A stretch of DNA of 64,000 nucleotides from an uncultured Candidatus Saccharibacteria bacterium (GTDB taxonomy: Bacteria > Patescibacteriota > Saccharimonadia > Saccharimonadales > CAZDQS01): NCBI GenBank assembly GCA_964507855.1, contig CAZDQS010000001.1:166121-230120 (forward strand), in the 5' to 3' direction. Position 1 is the first letter of the stretch, and each line of letters begins with the position of its first letter. This document shows, in pieces, positions 34,833 to 43,761 of the stretch. The translations under genes were made by a program, and so were the position numbers. Under the pieces are notes generated by a model. It saw only the letters and a list, made by a program, of their open reading frames with translations, ran no database searches and was not told the origin of the DNA.

Positions 34833-37523
34833 ATGAAAGCATGGTACCAATCTTCAGCCCAAGATGTCCTGACCCGCCTTGGGACGAACGACAAAGGCCT
34901 CACGCAATCAACAGCCGCTGACCGATTGCGCGAATACGGCCGTAACGAACTAAGGTCTGGCAAAAAGATAAACCCACTGGCACTGTTCATCAGCCAGTTT
35001 AAGGACGCGCTTATTATTGTCTTGCTCATCGCGGCCGGCGTGTCGTTCGGGCTGGCGTTTATCGAAGAGGGCGGCAGTGTGCGCGAGCCGATGCTGATTT
35101 TGACGATTGTGATTGCCATCGCACTGGTCGGGTTTTTTAACGAGTACAAGGCCGAAAAGACGGTCGAGGCGCTCAAGAAGCTCGTCGGCTACAAGGCGCG
35201 TGTACGTCGCGGCGGCCAGGTGGTAGAAGTGGATGCGGCCGAGCTGGTGCCCGGTGACATTATTGTTATTGAGTCCGGCCAAAAGGTGCCAGCTGATATT
35301 CGCCTGCTAGAAGCCAGCGAACTGTCGGTCAATGAAGCCTCGCTAACTGGTGAATCAGTGCCGGTCGGCAAGAAGCCGGATGCAATTACCCGCGAAGTGC
35401 CGCTTGGTGACCAGAAGTGCATGCTGTTTGCGGGTACGTTTGTGACTCAAGGGAGTGGCCTGGGTGTGGTCGTTGGCACCGGCCAGCGCACAGAAATCGG
35501 CAAAATTGCTGATCTTGTTAATAGCGTCGAAGCTGAGGCAACACCGATGCAGCAGAAGCTGGACGACCTCGGCAAGCGGCTCGGTTATTTCATCGCAGCA
35601 ATCTGTGTCGTGGTGTTTGCGATCGTGTTCTTGTTCGTGCCCGAAGCACGTGAAAGCAGCCTTGCACATCGTCTGATCTTTGCCTTTACGGCTGCCGTTG
35701 CGCTGGCGGTCGCGGCCATTCCTGAAGGGTTGGCCTTTGTTGTCCGTATTAGCCTCGCGCTGGGCGCCCGCCGCATGGCTGCTCGCAACGCGTTGGTGCG
35801 CAGGCTTTCGGCGGTTGAAGCATTGGGCTCGACCGATGTTATTTGTTCGGACAAGACCGGTACGCTCACCAAGGGTGAAATGACAGTTCGGAACGTCTAT
35901 GTCAACGAGCGGTTAGGCGCGGTAAGCGGCAGCGGCTATGAGATTAGGGGCGGCAAAATCACGTTTGAAGACGGCACGCCGCCAAGCCTTGAACTGCTCT
36001 TTCGGGTTGGCGCGCTCTGTAATAATGCCTCACTGAAGGATGGGACGGTTATTGGTGACCCGACCGAAGGTGCGCTGCTCGTCTCTGCTGGTAAATCGGA
36101 AATTGAATATAAGTCAGAGGCCGAGCACTACCAGCGTGCGCTGGAGGTACCGTTTAGTTCCGAGCGCAAAATGATGAGCACGGTGCATAAAGATCCGGCC
36201 GGCGGCTTCCTGGTGGCGACCAAGGGCGCAGTCGAGGCCGTACTGAAGTGCTCAACCCATTATCTTGATGCCAAGGGCAAACCCCAGAAACTGACACCAG
36301 CCGCCAAGGAGCAAATACTGGCCACTAACCAGGAGCTTTCCAGCAAGGCGCTGCGCGTACTGGCCTTTGCCTACAAATCAGTGTCGGCGCAGCCGAAGTC
36401 TGCTGACGCTGAAAAGAACCTGATATTTATCGGTTTGCAGGCCATGATGGATCCGCCGCGCAAAGAGGTGATGGAGGTGATTGGCCGCGTGCAGTCCGAG
36501 GCCGGGATGCGGGTCATCATGATTACCGGTGACTACAGCGAGACGGCCAAAGCCGTTGCAGAAGAGATCGGCATTACCGGTGCAGTTATCTCTGGTCCTG
36601 ATCTCGATAAGCTCAGCCAGGAAGAATTTGAGCAAAAGGTAGAAGACATCAGTGTCTACGCGCGTGTTAATCCGGAGCACAAAATCCGCATTGTCCAGGC
36701 ACTCAAGAAGCGCGGCCACCAGGTGGCCATGACCGGCGATGGCGTTAATGACGCACCGGCGATTAAGGCGGCGGATATTGGTATTGCCATGGGTATCACC
36801 GGCACGGATGTAGCGAAAGAAGCCTCGGATCTCATTCTGCTTGATGACCAGTTCTTGACGATTGTCGGCGCGATCGAAGAGGGACGGGGGATTTTCGATA
36901 ACGTCCGTAAGTTCGTCAACTTCCTCATCAGCTGTAACATCGCCGAAGTAATCACCATCGTCATGGGCATTGTTATCTTTAATGACCTACTACTAACAGC
37001 GGCGCAGCTGCTGTTTATCAACATCGTGACGGACGGTCTACCGGCGGTCGCGCTTGGTTCCGACCCGGCGCGCAAGAATGTACTCCAGGCTAAACCGAAG
37101 CTGTTCCAGGAGGCGATTATGACGCGGCGCATCTGGACGGAAATATTCATCTTTGGCACGCTTATGAGTGCGGTGTTGGTCGGCCAGTTTTGGTACAACC
37201 AGTCACATGAGAGTCGGCTGGCGGCGGTATCGGCAGCGTTCACAGCTATGGTGGTGTACGAAATGGTGCGGCTGGTTGATATCCGCACGGACTACCAGAT
37301 ACGCTGGTTCTCGAACCCGTGGTTGACGGTGGCAATTGTTTCTTCGCTGCTGCTCCAGCTGGCGGTGCTCTACGTCGCTCCGTTGGCGCGGTACTTTGAG
37401 GTCGGACCGTTGTCTGCCCATGACTGGGGCATTATGGCTGCGGGCTCTGTCGTGCTCTTTGTCGCCATGAAGCTGGTTAATCCTATACTGGACAGAGCCT
37501 TGCCGCATGATCCGCCAGCGTAA
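34833..37523 (+). CDS. P-type cation-transporting ATPase (P2/Ca2+-ATPase-like)
   Basis: LTGES, IPEGL, phosphorylation site [17 protein letters not shown], 10-TM topology. Confidence 0.9.
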   Translation: MKAWYQSSAQDVLTRLGTNDKGLTQSTAADRLREYGRNELRSGKKINPLALFISQFKDALIIVLLIAAGVSFGLAFIEEGGSVREPMLILTIVIAIALVGFFNEYKAEKTVEALKKLVGYKARVRRGGQVVEVDAAELVPGDIIVIESGQKVPADIRLLEASELSVNEASLTGESVPVGKKPDAITREVPLGDQKCMLFAGTFVTQGSGLGVVVGTGQRTEIGKIADLVNSVEAEATPMQQKLDDLGKRLGYFIAAICVVVFAIVFLFVPEARESSLAHRLIFAFTAAVALAVAAIPEGLAFVVRISLALGARRMAARNALVRRLSAVEALGSTDVICSDKTGTLTKGEMTVRNVYVNERLGAVSGSGYEIRGGKITFEDGTPPSLELLFRVGALCNNASLKDGTVIGDPTEGALLVSAGKSEIEYKSEAEHYQRALEVPFSSERKMMSTVHKDPAGGFLVATKGAVEAVLKCSTHYLDAKGKPQKLTPAAKEQILATNQELSSKALRVLAFAYKSVSAQPKSADAEKNLIFIGLQAMMDPPRKEVMEVIGRVQSEAGMRVIMITGDYSETAKAVAEEIGITGAVISGPDLDKLSQEEFEQKVEDISVYARVNPEHKIRIVQALKKRGHQVAMTGDGVNDAPAIKAADIGIAMGITGTDVAKEASDLILLDDQFLTIVGAIEEGRGIFDNVRKFVNFLISCNIAEVITIVMGIVIFNDLLLTAAQLLFINIVTDGLPAVALGSDPARKNVLQAKPKLFQEAIMTRRIWTEIFIFGTLMSAVLVGQFWYNQSHESRLAAVSAAFTAMVVYEMVRLVDIRTDYQIRWFSNPWLTVAIVSSLLLQLAVLYVAPLARYFEVGPLSAHDWGIMAAGSVVLFVAMKLVNPILDRALPHDPPA

Positions 37524-37753
37524 CCAGTCCTACACACCAGCCAGTAAACTTCCTGGCAAAGCCAGAAATTTTACTGGCTTCTTGGCCGATTTCCGGCTTG
37601 ACGGCTCCGGTACACAGTCACCGTACCTTTTGTACGGCTCCCTTGCGTTCCTCGCCGCCGCACCGAAACTCGGTTCAAGTGTGTAGTCCTGGGGCATGTA
37701 GTATAATGTGGTGTACAGCTTACTAAAACAAAAATAAGCAGAAAGGGAACAAT

Positions 37754-37909
37754 ATGGGTATATTCGGACTCGGCTCAAGCGCAAAGAAGACGGCCAAGAA
37801 AACCGCAGCCAAGGGCAAGAAGCCGGCAAAGGGCAGATCAAAAGACGCTCAGGAAGTCTTGGCTAAGATGAAGGCCAAGAAAGATTCCGGCGACTGCGCA
37901 TTCTGTTAA
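37754..37909 (+). CDS. small Lys-rich protein (51 aa) ending GDCAFC, hypothetical
   Basis: ATG preceded by GAAAGGGA; TATAAT at 37702-37707. Sequence MGIFGLGSSAKKTAKKTAAKGKKPAKGRSKDAQEVLAKMKAKKDSGDCAFC. Below the ORF-track length cutoff. Confidence 0.4.
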   Translation: MGIFGLGSSAKKTAKKTAAKGKKPAKGRSKDAQEVLAKMKAKKDSGDCAFC

Positions 37910-37911
37910 TA

Positions 37912-38071
37912 ATGAGAAAACCATTCGCAGCCCATTCGGCCTAATATAGGCGAACGGGGCCTCTGGATAGGTTTTCTCATCGCGCGGGACGGCCGAATAA
38001 ATCGTCCGTTCCGGCTGCTCTTTCCAAAGAAGCTGACAAGGAAATTCTGAAATAAATTCAGAATTTCCTTG
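37912..38071 (+). repeat. intergenic structured repeat, copy B
   Basis: Hairpin 1 is ATGAGAAAACC...GGTTTTCTCAT with a 47-nt insert. Core is CGCGCGGGACGGCCGAATAAATCGTCCGTTCCGGCTGCTCTTTCC. There is a 15-bp AT-rich hairpin at 38037-38071. Confidence 0.6.
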
Positions 38072-38160
38072 AATATAAGTTGTACGGCTCGTTCCGGTCT
38101 GCAGCAAGAACGACGATGCTGCATCCAAACACAGCGCTCTAGGCATCAGTTAAAGGCGTT

Positions 38161-38227
38161 ATCGCGCCGGCTGCTTTCCTACCAGCCTGATAATAAAAGT
38201 TTGGAGTGACTCCAGACTTTTATTAAG
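38161..38227 (+). repeat. intergenic structured repeat, short copy D (lacks the CGAATAAATCG hairpin)
   Basis: ATCGCGCC-GGCTGCTTTCCTACCAGCC followed by the hairpin ATAAAAGTTTGGA-GTGAC-TCCAGACTTTTAT. Confidence 0.45.
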
Positions 38228-38241
38228 GTTAATTAACTCAA

Positions 38242-38832
38242 ATGCAAAATTTACTTTATGCTCTCATAGTTTTGTTTGGCACCGCTTCTTACGGGGTGGG
38301 TGTATATCAAATGTTGCGCGGGGAATATGCGCCGAGCTTGTTTAGCCGCTCCGTGTGGCTGCTCCTTGCCATGAACAGTTTTGCGGGCGTGTTGTTCAGC
38401 AATCACAGCACCTCGTCTTTGCTGTTGGCTGGGATTTTCTTGGCGGGCAACATCGCAATGACGATCACAAGCTACTATAAAGGCACAAAAAGTTTTGGCC
38501 AGCTGGAGCAGGTTTGTATCATCCTGCTGGTGGTGAGCGGCATGGTGTGGTTGTTGTTTGATGCGCCGGTTATAAACTTGTCCATCAGCTTATTTGCGCA
38601 TTTTATCGGCGGTGTGCCAACGCTCCGTCGGGTATGGCGGAAGCCGGGTAGTGAAAATACGGCTTTTTGGGCATTGTTTTTTATGGCCAGTGTGTTGAGT
38701 GTGCACGCAAGTGACACGATGTCATTAGAGGCAATAATCTTTCCTCTCTACTACGTGATTTTTGATGGGGGCATGACGATACTCTCGCTGCGTAACAGAG
38801 TTGCAGGCACGAGGAAACTGGGTACAATATGA
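38242..38832 (+). CDS. hypothetical polytopic membrane protein
   Basis: About 6-7 hydrophobic segments; no family recognised. Confidence 0.5.
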   Translation: MQNLLYALIVLFGTASYGVGVYQMLRGEYAPSLFSRSVWLLLAMNSFAGVLFSNHSTSSLLLAGIFLAGNIAMTITSYYKGTKSFGQLEQVCIILLVVSGMVWLLFDAPVINLSISLFAHFIGGVPTLRRVWRKPGSENTAFWALFFMASVLSVHASDTMSLEAIIFPLYYVIFDGGMTILSLRNRVAGTRKLGTI

Positions 38833-39149
38833 TTATGGTTACCATTTTTGCACATGCCGGCGAAGACCATGGCGACGTCGCCGAGACTGGTGGTTTGCTC
38901 GATACAATCAGCCATCTGCCGACAGTAGTGTCGCTGATATTGGTTGTCACGGTCTTGACGTGGCTGTTTTTGGGCCTGCGCGCTGTGCGCGTTTCGCCGC
39001 CGAACAGGCTGCTTATGTTGTTCCCCGTATCACTGGCAATGGCTGTGTTTTACATGCAGCATAATCCACTTGTGAGTACGGCAATTCTCGCCGCCGGATT
39101 CATCGTCATCTTCTTGCTGGTCTTTACCATGCTTGCCAGTCGCCGGTAG
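38829..39149 (+). CDS. hypothetical membrane protein
   Basis: ATGA overlap with the upstream gene. N-terminal FAHAGEDHG followed by 3 TM segments. Confidence 0.45.
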   Translation: MIMVTIFAHAGEDHGDVAETGGLLDTISHLPTVVSLILVVTVLTWLFLGLRAVRVSPPNRLLMLFPVSLAMAVFYMQHNPLVSTAILAAGFIVIFLLVFTMLASRR

Positions 39150-39174
39150 CTTGGCCAGCGTATAATATTCCTAT

Positions 39175-39630
39175 ATGTTTGAAAAAATAAAAAACATTAG
39201 TAAGAATCCGCACGCCCAGCAGCTGCGCGATCCGCGTGCCTTGGGGTTGCTGCTTTTTGGTGTGTTGGTTCTGTTGGTAACGTGGAGCGGTATCGGCGCG
39301 ATCCAGACCAACTTTGAGCTGCAGCAACACATGGCCGATCTGGAGCGCGAAAATGAAATCCGCACACTCGAAAATGACAACCTGCGGCTGCGGAACGAAT
39401 ACTACAACACCGACCGCTTCCTGGAGCTGGCGGCGCGCCGGCAGTTCGGCTTGGCCGCGCCGGGCGAGACGCTGTTGCTGGTACCAAAAGAGGTTGCCTT
39501 CGTGCATGCGCCTGATTTATCAACGCATGATACAGAGAAAGAAGCTTTGCCACCGTCGAACAAACCGTTCTACCAAAAGAACTTTGAAGCTTGGTTGGAT
39601 TTCTTCCTCAACCGGCCGACCTTAGAGTAG
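39175..39630 (+). CDS. septum formation initiator (FtsB/DivIC-like)
   Basis: One TM helix, then the coiled coil LQQHMADLERENEIRTLENDNLRLRNEYYNTDRFLELAARRQFGL. Confidence 0.65.
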   Translation: MFEKIKNISKNPHAQQLRDPRALGLLLFGVLVLLVTWSGIGAIQTNFELQQHMADLERENEIRTLENDNLRLRNEYYNTDRFLELAARRQFGLAAPGETLLLVPKEVAFVHAPDLSTHDTEKEALPPSNKPFYQKNFEAWLDFFLNRPTLE

Positions 39631-40233
39631 GGTTTGCCAGTAGTACCAGAAGCGCTGCAAAAGAATCCCGAAGATAATTAGGTACCAGACAATCAGGATG
39701 TCTCCATGATGGCGCTGCGCGAACGCGGCAATCTGACTGGCTGTGCCGGTAAGTTTGAAATGGTTTTGCCGTACGTTATAGAGCGTGACGTACCAGAAGA
39801 TGGGTATGGTTACCATCCAGACAACAAAGCAGTACGGACAGATGGCGTTGATGCGAAAGACACCCTGAAAGAACAGGTAGTGCATGAAGACGACGCCAAT
39901 GGCGGCGCCGGCTTGGATAATGAGCCATAGCCAGCGTTTGAACCGTGCGCCGGCTATCATCGCAACCGCCAGTGTCATGAGCGCGACGTACCCCATGACG
40001 CCGAAGATAGTATTGGGCATGCCGAGCAAGCTGGCTTGTTCGGTAGCCATAACCGAGCCACAGCTTAAGACCGGATTGATGCTGCAGGCAGATTCGTACG
40101 TAGGATCCTTCAGAGTTTGGATCTTGTCGTAGGTAAGTGCTAATGAAGCGACAAGACCGATACCGCTCAAAATGAGAAGCAAATAAGGTAGTGTTACTTC
40201 GAGCGTGCGCTCCCGAATACTTTTCTTAGCCAT
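39622..40233 (-). CDS. vitamin K epoxide reductase (VKOR) family protein
   Basis: Loop cysteines C..NPVLSCGSV and the membrane CPYC redox motif. Confidence 0.8.
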   Translation of the reverse strand: MAKKSIRERTLEVTLPYLLLILSGIGLVASLALTYDKIQTLKDPTYESACSINPVLSCGSVMATEQASLLGMPNTIFGVMGYVALMTLAVAMIAGARFKRWLWLIIQAGAAIGVVFMHYLFFQGVFRINAICPYCFVVWMVTIPIFWYVTLYNVRQNHFKLTGTASQIAAFAQRHHGDILIVWYLIIFGILLQRFWYYWQTLL

Positions 40234-40259
40234 GAGATACCTCGTATATTAGCTGCATA

Positions 40260-41921
40260 TTAAAAACTCGCCCGCATATTACGTTCTGAGAATTCCCGGG
40301 TGGCGTCGGTCTTTTTGTGAGGGTTGAAGATATTGTCAGGATCGAAGATGTGTTTGACCTCACGCATAAGGCTTGCGATTTCTGGTCCATACATGCGTTC
40401 AATCATCGGGCCGCGGATGAGGCCGTCGTTGTGCTCGCCGGAGAGTGAGCCGCCGTATTTCAGCACCAGGCTGGTGACCTCGTCAAGCACAGGGTAGATC
40501 TTTTCACGCTCTGCTTTTTTGGCAAGCTCCATGAGTGGGATGACATGAAAGTTGCCGTCGCCCATATGTCCGGCGACTGTGTACAACAGCTTGTGGCGGT
40601 CAAGGATTTCTGCAAGCTGCGGCAGGAATTCCGGCAACGTCTCCGGCGGAACGATAAGGTCGTCGATGAACGGTGCGGTGTGCTTTCGCCGGACGTTTTT
40701 GCGGAGCAGGTTGAAGCTCTCGCGGCGCATCACCCAGAATTTTTCTTCCTGATGCTTGTCTTTGGCGACGTGGGTCTCCAGGCCTCGTTTGTTGAATGCA
40801 GCCTGCAGGTTATTAATTTTTTCCTCGATTTCTGACTGGTTGTCGCCCTCGAATTGGCAGAGCAGAATGATTTTCGGCAGCCGCGGCAGGAAACGTACCA
40901 GCTTGCCAAGCAGTGGGATGAAGCTGAGTCCGAGAATAATGAACCGCTTCCAGCCAAGCGTTTTACGGAAGCTGAAGAAGAATCGGAAGGCAAACAGGAG
41001 CGTGTGGTCGTCGAATGACTCAAGGCTGGTTGGATCCTGGGTGAGTGCCTCGTTGATGATGTCGCCGAGATGGTCCATGCCCGGCAAGAAGACGACGAGC
41101 ATACCGGACAGCGGCTTGGCAGGAACGAGATCGAACGTAACTTCGGTTACCGAGCCGAGCGTCCCTTGGGAGCCGACGATCAGTTTGGTGATATCGAACG
41201 TTTCGCCGTCCCATACGTCCCAGAGATTGTAGCCGGTGGAGTTTTTGCTAACTTTTGGCTTTGACGCGGCTAGTTTATCCTGATGCGTCGTGACTAGTTC
41301 ATAGATCTGCCGGTACACCTCACCTTCGAGACTCTGTTCTGTAAGCTTGTCGTCCAGCTCTGCGCGGCTGAGCGGCCGGAAGGTGTGCTCTTTGCCGTCT
41401 CTCAGCACGACTTTGACTTGCCGGACGTAGCGGTCAGTCTTGCCGTACTTGAGCGATTTTTCACCGCCGGAATTGTTGGCGACCATACCGCCGATCTGGC
41501 AGATTTCCCGGGAAGCGGGGTAGGTTGGCAACAGCAGGCCATGCTTCAGCGTCTCCGGCTCAAGGTCACGGTAGTAAACGCCAGGCTGCACGGTCACGGT
41601 ATTGTTCTCGACCGCACCGATGTTTGTGAAGTAACGTTCAAAGGCCATGATAATCGACTCATTGATAGCGCCGCCGGACATATCGGTGCCGCCGCTACGT
41701 GGTGTCAGCGACAAATGCGGCTGGTCGGCCTTGTGGGTGTTGACATACTCGACAAGCTTGCAGATGTCCTCGGTATTTTTCGGGAAGACGACTACTTCCG
41801 GACGCAGTTCAAAGAGGCTGGCGTCGTGGCTGTAGTGTTCACGGGTTTGCTCATCGATGGCGACATCACCGCTTATGAGCTGCTTGAGGCTGGCAGCTAG
41901 ATTCTGGTTTTTTTCATCCAC
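40260..41921 (-). CDS. FAD-binding oxidoreductase (FAD-linked oxidase, GlcD/D-LDH-like)
   Basis: PRSGGTDMSGGAI FAD_binding_4 motif and C-terminal HMGDGNFH / GEHNDG motifs. Contains a hydrophobic insertion. Confidence 0.8.
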   Translation of the reverse strand: MDEKNQNLAASLKQLISGDVAIDEQTREHYSHDASLFELRPEVVVFPKNTEDICKLVEYVNTHKADQPHLSLTPRSGGTDMSGGAINESIIMAFERYFTNIGAVENNTVTVQPGVYYRDLEPETLKHGLLLPTYPASREICQIGGMVANNSGGEKSLKYGKTDRYVRQVKVVLRDGKEHTFRPLSRAELDDKLTEQSLEGEVYRQIYELVTTHQDKLAASKPKVSKNSTGYNLWDVWDGETFDITKLIVGSQGTLGSVTEVTFDLVPAKPLSGMLVVFLPGMDHLGDIINEALTQDPTSLESFDDHTLLFAFRFFFSFRKTLGWKRFIILGLSFIPLLGKLVRFLPRLPKIILLCQFEGDNQSEIEEKINNLQAAFNKRGLETHVAKDKHQEEKFWVMRRESFNLLRKNVRRKHTAPFIDDLIVPPETLPEFLPQLAEILDRHKLLYTVAGHMGDGNFHVIPLMELAKKAEREKIYPVLDEVTSLVLKYGGSLSGEHNDGLIRGPMIERMYGPEIASLMREVKHIFDPDNIFNPHKKTDATREFSERNMRASF

Positions 41922-41927
41922 GGTGGT

Positions 41928-42464
41928 CTACCCCAGGACAGGGAAGCGTTTTACAATCGATTGCTTGACCCACCAGGAGCGAAGCCCCCACTTTTGTCGG
42001 GGGTTGGCGGCAAGGATGCCGAGCAGCGCGATGATGTTGACGATGTGGTCGTCAAGAATAGGATTGTTTTCTTTTGGCAGTACCGCTGTCCACATCATGA
42101 ACATGAGCAGTGCACCTGAGAGTGTAGCGATCCGCATACCGATGCCCAAAATGAGTGCGGCGCCAATGAGGCCCAAGCCTGCCATAAACAATATGTCGAT
42201 AATCATATTGCCTGCCATGGTTTGGTACACCGATTCAAATGGCCCTTTGGTTGCAAATGATAAAAAGCCTTCTGTTGGCGAGCCGCCGCTGAGCCATGCC
42301 TTCTCACACATGACTGTCACCGTGTCGGTACTGGCATCACGACAGGTTGAGAAACCCAAGCCCAATAATTTGTCGAGAAAAGCCCATAAGAAAATTAGCC
42401 CCAATGTTATTCTGAGCGCTGCCCAGGCATAGGCGCTCTTATCATTGTTTTCCGCAAAAGCCAT
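41928..42464 (-). CDS. DoxX-family membrane protein
   Basis: AALRITLGLIFLWAFLDKL N-terminus; 4 TM segments. Confidence 0.6.
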   Translation of the reverse strand: MAFAENNDKSAYAWAALRITLGLIFLWAFLDKLLGLGFSTCRDASTDTVTVMCEKAWLSGGSPTEGFLSFATKGPFESVYQTMAGNMIIDILFMAGLGLIGAALILGIGMRIATLSGALLMFMMWTAVLPKENNPILDDHIVNIIALLGILAANPRQKWGLRSWWVKQSIVKRFPVLG

Positions 42465-42587
42465 ACGTACTCCTTTTTATATGATGCTTATGGTCTAATC
42501 TTAGTCTGTTGGAAGTGAGATGGCAAACCGCCCCGGCCGACTTCTCGTATCTCGGATTTTCTTCCTGGGCGGCGTAAAATAGTACCC

Positions 42588-43175
42588 ATGCCAGATATGC
42601 GTATCGCACCAATGGTAATCACCAGGCAAAACGAGCTGCCGCGCGGGGAAGATTGGATATATGAGCCAAAGCTCGACGGTTATAGAGCGGTCGGGTATGT
42701 AGCACTGGGTCGGGCGCGTTTAATCTCCCGTAGTGGCAACGACTTTACCAATCGATATACGACTGTTCGAGACCAGCTGCCTATTGCATTTGATGGCCAT
42801 GAAGTGGTCGTGGATGGCGAGTTGGTAGGATTTAACGAGGCCGGCCGTGAAGATATTAATGAGCTCAAACGTAAACACCCTCAGGTAATGTTGTTCCTCT
42901 TTGACTTACTTCATCTGGACCAAGATTCGACACTGCACTTGCCGCAGCAAGATAGGAGGCGAATACTGGAGGAGGTTTGTGCCCCACAAGAGAATGTTCG
43001 TCTTGTGCCACAGTTTACTGACCCTGACGACTTACTAGTCGCGGCCCAGCAGTTGGGGCTGGAGGGTATCGTCGCCAAGCGACTTTCGTCGGTATATCGT
43101 CCCGGAAAGAAAACACGCGATTGGGTAAAGCTGATTCTGAGAGACCATCCCGAACGTCGCGCCTGGAATCGATAA
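42588..43175 (+). CDS. ATP-dependent DNA ligase, nucleotidyltransferase domain only (no OB domain)
   Basis: Motif I EPKLDGYR, III VVVDGELV, IIIa FLFDLL, IV EGIVAK, V RDWVKLI. The ORF stops about 10 aa after motif V. Confidence 0.7.
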   Translation: MPDMRIAPMVITRQNELPRGEDWIYEPKLDGYRAVGYVALGRARLISRSGNDFTNRYTTVRDQLPIAFDGHEVVVDGELVGFNEAGREDINELKRKHPQVMLFLFDLLHLDQDSTLHLPQQDRRRILEEVCAPQENVRLVPQFTDPDDLLVAAQQLGLEGIVAKRLSSVYRPGKKTRDWVKLILRDHPERRAWNR

Positions 43176-43287
43176 GCGAAGGTACGCGCCATCTTTCTGG
43201 GTAGTCGTGCAGAGGGTTGCAAACAGTAGGGGTCTCATCTATTATCATAAGCATTGAGCTAAAGCGCTAGATAGGAAACAAAAACAT

Positions 43288-43761
43288 ATGCCACGACTCC
43301 CCAAACCCGGGTCAGACGAAAATACATGGGGTGACATCCTCAACGAATTTCTCACTGTAGCCCACAATGATAACGGTTCACTAAAGGACGTTGGAGTGGT
43401 AGCCCAAAAGTACGTCAAACCGGCGGGTGGTATTCCCGAGGCTGACTTGGCTACCGCAGTGCAAACAAAGCTTAATAGCGGCGCATCAGTGTCAGATGCC
43501 GATGCTACCACGAAGGGTATTGTTCGCCTCACTGGCGACCTTGGCGGTACGGCCGATAACCCCATGGTTCCCGGCTTGGCTGACAAGGCTGACGCGGCTA
43601 CACTTTCGTCGCACACAAACAGCACGACCAATGTACACGGCATTGCAGATACCAGCGCGTTGGTATCTGGCAGTGGTGTCACAAATATTGTCGTACTGAC
43701 ACAAGCAGCCTACGATGAACTGACACCGGATGATAATACACTGTACGTGGTGGTTGGGTAA
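43288..43761 (+). CDS. phage tail-fibre-like N-terminal domain protein
   Basis: MPRLPKPGSDENTWGDILNEFL..H..DGSLK opening recurs in actinobacterial prophage fibre/minor-tail proteins (recalled). Confidence 0.45.
   Translation: MPRLPKPGSDENTWGDILNEFLTVAHNDNGSLKDVGVVAQKYVKPAGGIPEADLATAVQTKLNSGASVSDADATTKGIVRLTGDLGGTADNPMVPGLADKADAATLSSHTNSTTNVHGIADTSALVSGSGVTNIVVLTQAAYDELTPDDNTLYVVVG

Noticed and set aside
37898-37909. C-terminal CAFC after a polybasic stretch, resembling a eukaryotic CaaX prenylation box.
   Set aside because: The resemblance is superficial and rests on four residues. Nothing indicates a eukaryotic host or secretion, so it is mentioned only as a curiosity.
37530-38146. Minus-strand track ORFs 37530-37841, 37838-38146 and 37906-38124, and plus-strand 17617-17976.
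   Set aside because: They run through the hairpin repeats and intergenic structure. The frames are not shared between repeat copies, and the composition is implausible.
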